DNA of 64,000 nt from assembly GCF_009914755.1 (NCBI RefSeq), contig NC_060933.1, one strand, 5' to 3'. Position 1 is the first letter of the stretch. Each line of letters starts with the position of its first letter. A program made the translations under genes and the position numbers. This stretch comes from the human T2T-CHM13v2.0 reference genome, Homo sapiens. Below the pieces are notes generated by a model. That model saw only the letters and a program-made list of their open reading frames with translations. It had not been told where the DNA came from and made no database searches. Below, piece after piece: positions 30,801-44,500 of the stretch.

Positions 30801-31149
30801 GAACGGATCGGAACGGAACGGAGTGGAATGGAATGGAATGGCATTGTATGGAATGGAATGGAATGGTACGGAATAGAATGGAATGGAAAGAATTGGAATG
30901 GAATGGAATCGTATGGAATGGAATGGAATGGAATGGAATGGAATCAACCCGAGTGCAGGGGAATGTAATGGAACGGAATGCAATGGAATGGAATCATCCG
31001 GAATGGAATGGAATGGAATGGAATGGAATGGAATGGAATGGAATCAACCCGAGCGCAATGGAATGGAGTGGAATGGAATGGAATGGAATGGAACAACCCG
31101 AATGGAATGGAATGTAATGGAGAGTAAGGGAGCTGAATAGAAACAATCC

Positions 31150-34100
31150 GAATGTAATGGAATGGAACGGAATGGAATGGAATGGAATGGAATGGAATGG
31201 AAGGGAATGCAATGGAATGGAATCAACCCGAGTAAAATGGAACGGAATGGAATGGAATGGAAAGGAATGGAATGGAATGGAATGGAATCAACCCGAGTGC
31301 AATGGAATGGAGAGGAATGGAATGGAATGGAATGGAAACTACCCGAATGGAATGGAATGGAATGGAATGTAAGGGAATTGAATAGAATCAATCCGAATGT
31401 AATGGAATGGAATAGAACGGAATGTAATGGAATGGAATGGAATGGAATCAACCCGAGTGCAGGGGTATGGAATGGAATGGAATGCAATGGAATGGAATCA
31501 TCCGGAATAGAATGGAATGGAATGCAATGGAATGGAATGGAATGGAATCAACCCGAGTGCGATGGAATGGAGTGAAATGGAATGGAATTGAATGGAGACA
31601 ACCAGAATGGATTGGAATATAATGGAATGTAAGGGAATTGAATAGAATCAATCTGAATGTAATGAAATGGAATGGAACGGAATGGAATGGAATGAAATGG
31701 AATGGAATGGAATGCAATGGAATGGAATCAACCCGAGTGCAATCGAATGGAATCGAATGGAATGGAATGCAATGGAATGGATTCAACTTGAATGGAATGG
31801 AAAGAATGGAATCAACACGAGTGGAATGGCATGGATTGGAATGGAATGGAATGGAATCAACCCGAGTACAGGGGAATGGAATGGAATGGAATGCAATGGA
31901 ATGGAATCATCCGTAATGGAATGGAAAGGAATGGAATGGAATGGAATGGAATGGAATGGAATGGAATGGAATCAACTCGATAGCAATCGAATGGAATGGA
32001 ATGGAATTAACCCGAATAGAATGGAATGGAATGGAATGGAACGGAACGGAATGGAATGGAATGGAATGGAATGGAATGGAACGGAACGGAACCGAATGGA
32101 TGGAATGGAATGGAATGGAATGGAATGGAATCAACGCGAGTGCAGGGGAATGGAATGGAATGGAATGCAATGGAATGGAATCTTCCAGAATGGAATGGAA
32201 TGGAATGGAATGGAATGAAATGCAATGGATTCAACTCGATTGCAATGGAATGGAATAGAATGGAATGGAATGGAATGGAATGGAATGGAATTAACCCGCA
32301 TAGAAGGGAATGGAATGGCATGGAATGGAATGGAATTAATTCGAATAGAATCGAATGGAATGGAATGGAACGGAATGGAACGGAATGGAATGGTACGGAA
32401 TAGAATGGGATGGAACGAATTGTAATGGAATGGAATTGAATGGAATGGAATGGAATGGAATGGAATCAACGCGAGTGCAGGGGAATGTAATGGAACGGAA
32501 TGCAATGGAATGGAATCATCCGGAATGGAATGGAATGGAATGGAATGGAATGGAATCAACCCGAGTGCAGGGGAATGTAATGGAACGGAATGCAATGGAA
32601 TGGAATCATCCGGAATGGAATGGAATGGAATGGAATCATCCGTAATGGAATGGAAAAGAATGGAATGGAATGGAATGGAATGGAATGGAATCGAATGGAA
32701 TGGAATGGAATGAACTCGATTGCAATCGAATGGAATGGAATGGAATTAACCCGAATAGAATGGAATGGAATGGAATGGAATGGAACGGAACGGAATGGAA
32801 TGGAATTGAATGGAATGGAACGGAACGGAACGGAATGGAATGGAATGGAATGGAATGGAATGGAATGGAATCAACGCGAGTGCAGGGGAATGGAATGGAA
32901 TGGAATGCAATGGAATGGAATCTTCCGGAATGGAATGGAATGGAATGAAATGCAATGGATTCAACTCGATTGCAATGGAATGGAATAGAATGGAATGGAA
33001 TGGAATGGAATGGAATTAATGCGAATAGAATGGAATGGAATGGAATGGAACGGAATGGAACGGAATGGAATGGAATGGAATGGAATGGAATGGAATGGTA
33101 TGGAATGGAATGGAATGGTACGGAATAGAATGGAATGGAACGAATTGTAATGGAATAGAATTGAATGGAATGGAATGGAATGGATTGGAATCAACGCGAG
33201 TGCAGGGGAATGTAATGGAACGGAATGCAATGGAATGTAATCATCCGGAATGGAATGGAATGGAATGGAATGGAATGGAATCAACCCGAGTGCAATGGAA
33301 TGTAATGGAGAGTAAGGGAGTTGAATAGAATCAATCCGAATGTAATGGAATGGAACGGAATGGAATGGAATGGAATGGAATGGAATGCAAGGGAATGCAA
33401 TGGAATGGAATCAACCCGAGTAAAATGGAACGGAATGGAATGGAATGGAATGGAATGGAATGGAATGGAATGGAATCAACCCGAGTGCAATGGAATGGAG
33501 AGGAATGGAATGGAATGGAATGGAAACTACCCGAATGGAATGGAATGGAATGGAATGTAAGGGAATTGAATAGAATCAATCCGAATGGAATGGAATGGAA
33601 TAGAACGGAATGTAATGGAATGGAATGGAATGGAATCAACCCGAGTGCAGGGGTATGGAATGGAATGGAATGCAATGGAATGGAATCATCCGGAATGGAA
33701 TGGAATGGAATGCAATGGAATGGAATGGAATGGAATCAACCCGAGTGCGATGGAATGGAGTGAAATGGAATGGAATTGAATGGAGACAACCAGAATGGAT
33801 TGGAATATAATGGAATGTAAGGGAATTGAATAGAATCAATCTGAATGTAATGAAATGGAATGGAACGGAATGGAATGGAATGAAATGGAATGGAATGGAA
33901 TGCAATGGAATGGAATCAACCCGAGTGCAATCGAATGGAATCGAATGGAATGGAATGCAATGGAATGGATTCAACTTGAATGGAATGGAAAGAATGGAAT
34001 CAACACGAGTGGAATGGCATGGATTGGAATGGAATGGAATGGAATCAACCCGAGTACAGGGGAATGGAATGGAATGGAATGCAATGGAATGGAATCATCC

Positions 34101-34740
34101 GTAATGGAATGGAAAGGAATGGAATGGAATGGAATGGAATGGAATGGAATGGAATCAACTCGATAGCAATCGAATGGAATGGAATGGAATTAACCCGAAT
34201 AGAATGGAATGGAATGGAATGGAACGGAACGGAATGGAATGGAATGGAATGGAATGGAATGGAACGGAACGGAACCGAATGGATGGAATGGAATGGAATG
34301 GAATGGAAGGGAATCTACGCGACTGCAGGGGAATGGAATGGAATGGAATGCAATGGAATGGAATCTTCCAGAATGGAATGGAATGGAATGGAATGGAATG
34401 AAATGCAATGGATTCAACTCGATTGCAATGGAATGGAATAGAATGGAATGGATTGGAATGGAATGGAATGGAATGGAATTAACCCGCATAGAAGGGAATG
34501 GAATGGCATGGAATGGAATGGAATTAATTAGAATAGAATGGAATGGAATGGAATGGAACGGAATGGAACGGAATGGAATGGTACGGAATAGAATGGAATG
34601 GAACGAATTGTAATGGAATGGAATTGAATGGAATGGAATGGAATGGAATGGAATCAACGCGAGTGCAGGGGAATGTAATGGAACGGAATGCAATGGAATG
34701 GAATCATCCGGAATGGAATGGAATGGAATGGAATGGAATG
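31150..34740 (+). repeat. Recent duplication: ~31150-32550 copied at ~33340-34740 (offset ~2188 bp)
   Basis: Rare variants shared at a constant 2188 offset: AGTAAAAT 31231/33419, AGGGGTAT 31461/33649, GTGCGAT ~31560/33748 and CCCGCATAGAAGGG 32295/34483. Confidence 0.9.
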
Positions 34741-37700
34741 GAATCAACCCGAGTGCAATGGAATGGAGTGGAATGGAATGGAATGGAATGGAACAACCCG
34801 AATGGAATGGAATGTAATGGAGAGTAAGGGAGTTGAATAGAATCAATCCGAATGTAATGGAATGGAATGCAACGGAATGGAATGGAATGGAATGGAATGG
34901 AATGCAATGGAATTGAATCAACCCGAGTACAATGGAATGGAATGGAATGGAATGGAATGGAATGGAATGGAATGGAATGGAATCGTTCTGAGTGGAATAG
35001 GAGGGAATGTATTCGAGTGGAATGGAAGGGAATGGAAAAATCCTGAGTGGAATGGAAGGGAATGGAATGGAATGGAAACTAATAGAATGGAATCAACCCG
35101 AGAGGAATGGAATGGAAAGGACTGGAATGGAATGGAATGGAATGGAATCAACTCGATTGTAATGGAATGGAATTGAATGGAATGGAATGGAATGGAATTA
35201 ACCCGAATGGAATGGAATGGAATGGAATGGAACGGAATGGAACGGAATGGAATGGAATGGAATGGAATGGAATGGAAAGGTATGGAATGGAATGGAATGG
35301 TAAGGAATAGAATGGAATGGAACGAATTGTAATGGAATGGAATTGAATGGAATGGAATGGAATGGAATGGAATCAACGCGAGTGCAGGGGAATGTAATGG
35401 AACGGAATGGAATGGAATGGAATCATCCGGAATGGAATGGAAAGGAATGGAATCAACCCGAGTGCAATGGAATGGAGTGGAATGGAATGGAATGGAATGG
35501 AACAACCCGAATGGAATGGAATGTAATGGAGAGTAAGGGAGTTGAATAGAATCAATCGGAATGTAATGGAATGGAATGCAACGGAATGGAATGGAATGGA
35601 ATGGAATGGAATGCAATGGAATTGAATCAACCCGAGTGCAATAGAATGGAATCGAAAGGAATGGAATGCAATGGAATGGATTCAACTTGAATGGAATGGA
35701 AAGAATGGAATCAACACGAGTGGAATGGCATGGATTGGAATGGAATGGAATGGAATCAACCCGAGTACAGGGGAATGGAATGGTATGGAATGCAATGGAA
35801 TGGAATCATCCGTAATGGAATGGAAAAGAATGGAATGGAATGGAATGGAATGGAATGGAATGGAATGGAATGGAATCAACTCGATTGCAATCGAATGGAA
35901 TGGAATGGAATTAACCCGAATAGAATGGAATGGAATGGAATGGAATGGAACGGAACGGAATGGAATGGAATTGAATGGAATGGAACGGAACGGAACGGAA
36001 TGGAATGGAATGGAATGGAATGGAATGGAATGGAATGGAATCAACGCGAGTGCAGGGGAATGGAATGGAATGGAATGCAATGGAATGGAATCTTCCGGAA
36101 TGGAATGGAATGGAATGAAATGCAATGGATTCAACTCGATTGCAATGGAATGGAATAGAATGGAATGGAATGGAATGGAATGGAATTAATGCGAATAGAA
36201 TGGAATGGAATGGAATGGAACGGAATGGAACGGAATGGAATGGAATGGAATGGAATGGAATGGAATGGAATGGTATGGAATGGAATGGAATGGTACGGAA
36301 TAGAATGGAATGGAACGAATTGTAATGGAATGGAATTGAATGGAATGGAATGGAATGGATTGGAATCAACGCGAGTGCAGGGGAATGTAATGGAACGGAA
36401 TGCAATGGAATGTAATCATCCGGAATGGAATGGAATGGAATGGAATGGAATGGAATGGAATCAACCCGAGTGCAATGGAATGTAATGGAGAGTAAGGGAG
36501 TTGAATAGAATCAATCCGAATGTAATGGAATGGAATGCAACGGAATGGAATGGAATGGAATGGAAGGGAATGGAATGGAATGGAATGCAATGGAATTGAA
36601 TCAACCCGAGTACAATGGAATGGAATGGAATGGAATGGAATGGAATGGAATGGAATGATACGGAATAGAATGGAATGGAACGAAATGGAATGGAATGGAA
36701 TGGAATGGAATGGAATGGAATGGAATGGAATGGAATGGAATCGTTCCGAGTGGAATAGGAGGGAATGTATTCGAGTGGAATGGAAAGGAATGGTATCAAT
36801 CAGAGTGGAATGGAAGGGAATGGAATGGAATGGAAACTAATAGAATGGAATCAACACGAGTGGAATGGAATGGAAAGGACTGGAATGGAATGGAATGGAA
36901 TGGAATCAACTCGATTGTAATGGAATGGAATGGAATGGAATGGAATGGAATTAACCCGAATACAATGGAATGGAATGGAATGGAACGGAATGGAGTGGAA
37001 TGGAATGGAATCAACCCGAGTGCAGAGGAATGGAATGGAATGGAATGCAATGGAATGGAATCATCCGGAATGGAATGGAATGGAATGGAATGCAAAGAAA
37101 TGGAATCAACTCGATTGCAATGGAATGGAATGGAATGGAAAGGAATACATTGGAATCAACGCGAGTGGAATGGAATGGAAAGGACTGGAATGGAGTGGAA
37201 TGGAATGGAATGGAATGGAATGGAATCAACTCGATTGGAATGGAATGGAATGGAATGGAATGGAATCAACCCGAATAGAATGGAATGGAATGGAATGGAA
37301 CGGAACGGAATGGAATGGAATGGAATCGAATGGAATGGAATGGAATGGAATCAACCCGACTGCAGGGGAATGGAATGGAATGGAATGCAATGGAATGGAT
37401 TCAACTTGAATGGAATGGAAAGAATGGAATCAACACGAGTGGAATGGCATGGATTCGAATGAAATGGAATGGAATCAACCCGAGTACAGGGGAATGGAAT
37501 GGAATGGAATGCAATGGAATGGAATCATCCGTAATGGAATGGAATGGAAAGGAATGGAATGGAATGGAATGGAATGGAATGGAATAGAATGGAATGGAAA
37601 CAACTCGATTGCAATCGAATGGAATGTAATGGAATTAACCCGAATAGAATGGAATGGAATGGAATGGAACGGAATGGAACGGAATGGAGTGGATTGGAAT

Positions 37701-38509
37701 GGAATGGAATGGAATGGAATGGAACGGAAAGGAATGGAATGGAATGGAATGGAATGGAATGGAATGGAATGGAATCAACGCGAGAGCAGGGGAATGGAAT
37801 GGAATGGAATGCAATGGAATGGAATCTTCCAGAATGGAATGGAATGGAATGGAATGGAATGGAATGGAATGGAATGGAATGCAATGGAATGGAATCTTCC
37901 GGAATTGAATGGAATGGAATGGAATGGAATGGAATGGAATGGAATGGAATGCAATGGATTCAACTCGATTGCAATGGAATGGAATGGAATGGAATGGAAT
38001 GGAATGGAATGGAATGGAATGGAATGGAATTAAACCGAATAGAATGGAATGGAATGGAATGGAACGGAACAGAACGGAACGGAACGGAACGGAGTGGAAT
38101 GGAATGGAATGGAATTGTATGGAATTGAATGGAATGGTACGGAATAGCATGGAATGGAAAGAATTGGAATGGAATGGAATGGAATGGAATGGAATGGAAT
38201 GGGATCAACCCGAGTGCTGGGGAATGTAATGGAACGGATTGCAATGGAATGGAATCATCCGGAATGGAATGGAATGGAATGGAATGGAATGGAATGGAAT
38301 GGAATCAACCCGAGCGCAATGGAATGGAGTGGAATGGAGTGGAATGGAATGGAACAACCCGAATGGAATGGAATGTAATGGAGAGTAAGGGAGTTGAATA
38401 GAATCAATCCGAATGTAATGGAATGGAACGGAATGGAATGGAATGGAATGGAATGGAATGGAATGGAATGCAATGGAATGGAATCAACCCGAGTACAATG
38501 GAACGGAAT

Positions 38510-38549
38510 ATAATGTAATGTAATGTAATGTAATGTAATGTAATTTAAT
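38510..38549 (+). repeat. Local variant-pentamer run ATAAT(GTAAT)6TTAAT
   Basis: Read directly. Homologous positions elsewhere carry only 2-3 GTAAT. Confidence 0.9.
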
Positions 38550-41500
38550 GGAATGGAATGGAATGGAATGGAATCAACCCGAGTGCAATGGAATGGAGAG
38601 GAATGGAATGGAATGGAATGGAAACTACCCGAATGGAATGGAATGTAATGGAGTGTAAGGGAATTGAATAGAATCAATCCGAATGGAATGGAATGGAATG
38701 GAACGTAATGTAATGGAATGGAATGGAATGGAATCAACCCGAGTGCAGTGGAATGGAATGGAATGGAATGCAATGGAATGGAATCATCTGGAATGGAATG
38801 GAATGCAATGCAATGGAATGGAATGGAATGGAATCAACCCGAGTGCAATGGAATGGAGTGAAATGGAATGGAATGGAATGGAGACAACCAGAATGGATTG
38901 GAATATAATGGAGTGTAAGGGAATTGAATAGAATCAATCTGAATGTAATGAAATGGAATGGAACGGAATGGAATGGAATGGAATGGAATGCAATGGAATG
39001 GAATCAACCCGAGTGCAATCGAATGGAATCGAATGGAATGGAATGCAATGGAATGGATTCAACTTGAATGGAATGGAAAGAATGGAATAAAAACGAGTGG
39101 AATGGCATGGATTGGAATGGAATGGAATGGAATCAACCCGAGTATAGGGGAATGGAATGGAATGGAATGGAATGCAATGAAATGGAATCATCCGTAATGG
39201 AATGGAAAGGAATGGAATGGAATGGAATCAACTCGATTGCAATCGAATGGAATGGAATGGAATTAACCCGAATAGAAAGGAATGGAATGGAATGGAACGG
39301 AACGGAATGGAATGGAATGGAATGGAATGGAACGGAACGGAATGGAATGGAATGGAATGGAATGGAATGGAATGGAACGGAAAAGAAGGGAATGGAATGG
39401 AATAGAATGGAATGGAATGGAATCAACGCGAGTGCAGGGGAATGGAATGGAATGGAATGCAATGGAATGGATTCAACTTGAATGGAATGGAAAGAATGGA
39501 ATCAACACGAGTGGAATGGTATGGATTGGAATGGAATGGAATGGAATCAACCCGAGTACAGGGGAGTGGACTGGAATGGAATGCAATGGAATGGAATCAT
39601 CCGTAATGGAATGGAAAGGAATGGAATGGAATGGAATGGAATGGAATGGAATGGAATAAACTCGATTGCAATCGAATGCAATGGAATGGAATTAACCCGA
39701 ATAGAATGGAATGGAATGGAATGGAATCAACTCGATTGCCATCGAATGAAATGGAATGGAATTAACCCGAATAGAATGGAATGAAATAGAATGGAACGGA
39801 ACGGAATGGAATGGAATGGAATGGAATGGAATGGAATGGAACGGAATGGAATGGAATGGAATGGAATGGAACGGAATGGAATGGAATGGAATGGAATGGA
39901 ATCAACGCGAGTGCAGGGGAATGGAATGGAATGGAATGTAATGGAATGGAATCTTTCGGAATGGAATGGAATGGAATGGAATGGAATGAAATGCAATGGA
40001 TTCAACTCGATTGCAATGGAATGGAATAGAATGGAATGGAATGGAATGGAATGGAATTAATCCGAATAGAATGGAATGGAATGGAATGGAACGGAATGGA
40101 ACGGAACGGAATGGAACGGAATGGAATGGAATGGTATGGAATGGAATGGAATGGTATGGAATAGAATGGAATGGAACGAATTGTAATGGAATGGAATTGA
40201 ATGGAATGGAATGGAATGGAATGGAATCAACGCGAGTGCAGGGGAATGTAATGGAACGGAATGCAATGGAATGGAATCATCCGGAATGGAATGGAATGGA
40301 ATGGAATGGAATGGAATCAACCCGAGTGCAATGGAATGGAGTGGAATGGAATGGAATGGAATGGAACAACCCCAATGGAATGGAATGTAATGAAGAGTAA
40401 GGGAGTTGAATAGAATCAGTCCGAATGTAATGGAATGGAATGCAACGGAGTGGAATGGAATGGAATGGAATGGAATGCAATGGAATGGAATCAACCCGAG
40501 TACAATGGAATGGAATGGAATGGAATGGAATGGAATGGAATGGAATGATATGGAATAGAATGGAATGGAACGAAATGGAATGGAATGGAATGGAATGGAA
40601 TGGAATGGAATGGAATTTTTCCGAGTGGAATAGGAGGGAATGTATTCGAGTGGAATGGAAAGGAATGGAATCAACCAGAGTGGAATGGAAGGGAATGGAA
40701 TGGAATGGAATGGAATGGAATGGAATGCAATGGAATGGAATCAACCCGAGTGCAATCGAATGGAATCAAATGGAATGGAATGCAATGGAATGCATTCAAC
40801 TTGAATGGAAAGGAAAGAATGGAATCAACACGAGTGGAATGGCATGGATTGGAATGGAATGGAATGGAATCAACCCGAGTACAGCGGAATGGAATGCAAT
40901 GGAATGCAATGGAATGGAATCATCTGTAATGGAATGGAAAGGAATGGAAAGGACTGGAATGGAATGGAATGGAATGGAATGGAATGGAATGGAATCAACT
41001 CGATTGCAGTCAAATGGAATGGAATGGAATTAACCCGAATAGAATGGAATGGAATGGAATGGAACGGAACGGAATGGAATGGAGTGGAATGGAATGGAAC
41101 GGAAAGGAATGGAATGGAATGGAATGGAACGGAATGGAATGGAATGGAATCAACGCGAGTACAGGGGAATGGAATGGAATCGAATGGAATGGAAAGGAAT
41201 GGAATGGAATCAACCCGAGTGCAGGGGAACGTAATGGAACGGAATGCAATGGAATGGAATCATCCGGAATGGAATGGAATGGAATGGAATGGAATGGAAT
41301 GGAATGGAATCAACCCGAGTGCAATGGAATGGAGTGGAATGCAAAGGAATGGAATGGAACAACCCGAATTGAATGGAATGTAATGGAGAGTAAGGGAGTT
41401 GAAAAGAATCAATCCGAATGTAATGGAATGGAATGGAACGGAATGGAATGGAATGGAATGGAATGGAATGGAATGCAATGGAATGGAATCAACCCGAGTA

Positions 41501-44500
41501 CAATGGAATGGAATGGAATGGAATGGAATGGAATGCAATGGATTCAACTCGATTGCAATGGAATGGAATAGAATGGAATGGAATGGAATGGAATGGAATG
41601 GAATTAAACCGAATAGAATGGAATGGAATGGAATGGAGCGGAACAGAACGGAACGGAACGGAACGGAGTGGAATGGAATGGAATGGAATTGTATGGAATG
41701 GAATGGAATGGTACGGAATAGAAGGGAATGGAAAGAATTGGAATGGAATGGAATCGAATGGAATGGAATGGAATGGAATGGAATCAACCCGAGTGCCGGG
41801 GAATGTAATGGAACGGAATGCAATGGAATGGAATCATCCGGAATGGAATGGAATGGAATGGAATGGAATGGAATGGAATGGAATCAACCCGAGCGCAATG
41901 GAATGGAGTGGAATGGAATGGAATGAAATGGAACAACCCGAATGGAATGGAATGTAATGGAGAGTAAGGGAGTTGAATAGAATCAATCCGAATGTAATGG
42001 AATGGAACGGAATGGAATGGAATGGTATGGAATGGAATGCAATGGAATGCAATGGAATGGAATCAACCCGAGTACAATGGAACGGAATGGAATGGAATGT
42101 AATGTAATGGAATGGAATGGAATGGAATGGAATGGAATCAACCCGAGTGCAATGGAATGGAGTGGATTGGAATGGAATGGAATGGAATGGAATCAACCCG
42201 AGTGCAATGCAATGGAGAGGAATGGAATGGAATGGAATGGAAACTACCCGAATGGAATGGAATGTAATGGAGTGTAAGGGAATTGAATAGAATCAATCCG
42301 AATGTAATGGAATGGAATGGAATGGAATGGAATGGAATGGAATCAACCCGAGTGCAATCGAATGGAATCGAATGGAATGGATAGCAATGGAATGGATTCA
42401 ACTTGAATGGAATGGAAAGAATGAAATCAACACGAGTGGAATGGCATGGATTGGAATGGAATGGAATGGAATCAACACGAGTACAGGGGAATGGAATGGA
42501 ATGGAATGCAATGGAATGGAATCATCCGTAATGGAATGGAAAGGAATGGAACGGAAAGGAATCAACTCGATTGCAATCGAATGGAATGGAATGGAATTAA
42601 CCCGAATAGAATGGAATGGAATGGAATGGAACGGAACGGAATGGAATGGAATGGAATGGAATGGAATGGAACGGAACGGAACGGAATGGAATGGAATGGA
42701 ATGGAATGGAATCAACGCGAGTGCAGGGGAATGGAATGGAATGGAATGCAATGGAATGGAATATTCCGGAATGGAATGGAATGCAATGGAATGGAATGAA
42801 ATGCAATGGATTCAACTCGATTGCAATGGAATGGAATAGAATGGAATGGAATGGAATGGAATGGAATTAATCCAAATAGAATGGAATGGAATGGAATGGA
42901 ACGGAATGGAACGGAATGGAATGGAATGGAATGGAATGGAATGGTATGGAATGGAATGGAATGGTACGGAATAGAATGGAATGGAACGAATTGTAATGGA
43001 ATGGAATTGAATGGAATGGAATGGAATCAACGCGACTGCAGGGGAATGTAATGGAACGGAATGCAATGGAATGGAATCATCCGGAATGGAATGGAATGGA
43101 ATGGAATGGAATGGAATGGAATGGAATGGAATGGAATCAACCCGAGTGCAATGGAATGGAGTGGAATGGAATGGAATGGAATGGAATAACCCGAATGGAG
43201 TGGAATGTAACGGAGAGTAAGGGAGTTGAATAGAATCAATCCGAATGTAATGGAATGGAATGCAACGGAATGGAAAGGAATGGAATGGAATGGAATGCAA
43301 TGGAATTGAATCAACCCGAGTACAATGGAATGGAATGGAATGGAATGGAATGGAATGGAATGGAATGGAATGGAATGGAATGATACGGAATAGAATGGAA
43401 TGGAAAGGAATGGAATGGAATGGAATGGAATGGAATGGAATGGAATGGAATGGAATGGAATCGTTCCGAGTGGAATAGGAGGGAATGTGTTCGAGTGGAA
43501 TGGAAAGGAATGGTATCAACCAGAGTGGAATGGAAGGGAATGGAATGGAATGGAAACTAATAGAATGGAATCAACCCGAGTGGAATGGAATGGAAAGGAC
43601 TGGAATGGAATGGAATCAACTCGATTGTAATGGAATGGAATGGAATGGAATGGAATGGAATGGAATGGAATTAACCCGAATACAATGGAATGGAATGGAA
43701 TGGAACGGAATGGAGTGGAATGGAATGGAATCAACCCGAGTGCAGGGGAATGGAATGGAATGGAATGCAATGGAATGGAATCACCCGGAATGGAATGGAA
43801 TGGATTGGAATGCAAAGCAATGGAATCAACTCGATTGCAATGGAATGGAATGGAATGGAAAGGAATACATTGGAATCAACGCGAGTGGAATGGAATGGAA
43901 AGGACTAGAATGGAGTGGAATGGAATGGAATGGAATGGAATGAAATCAACTCGATTGGAATGGAATGGAATGGAATGGAATGGAATTAACCCGAATAGAA
44001 TGGAATGGAATGGAATGGAACGGAACGGAATGGAATGGAATGGAATGGTATGGAATGGAATGGAATGGAATCAACCCGACTGCAGGGAAATGGAATGGAA
44101 CGGAATGCAATGGAATGGATTCAACTTGAATGGAATGGAAAGAATGGAATCAACACGAGTGGAATGGCATGGATTGGAATGGAATGGAGTGGAATCAACC
44201 CGAGTATAGGGAAATGGAATGGAATGGAATGCAATGGAATGGAATCATCCGTAATGGAATGGAAAGGAATGGAATGGAATGGAATAGAATGGAATGCAAT
44301 CAATTCGATTGCAATTGAATGGAATGGAATGGAATTAACCCGAATAGAATGGAATGGAATGGAATGGAACGGAACGGAACGGAATGGAATGGATTGGAAT
44401 GGAATGGAATGGAATGGAACGGAAAGGAATGGAATGGAATGGAATGGAATGGAATGGAATGGAATGGAATGCAATCAACGCGAGTGCAGGGGAATGGAAT

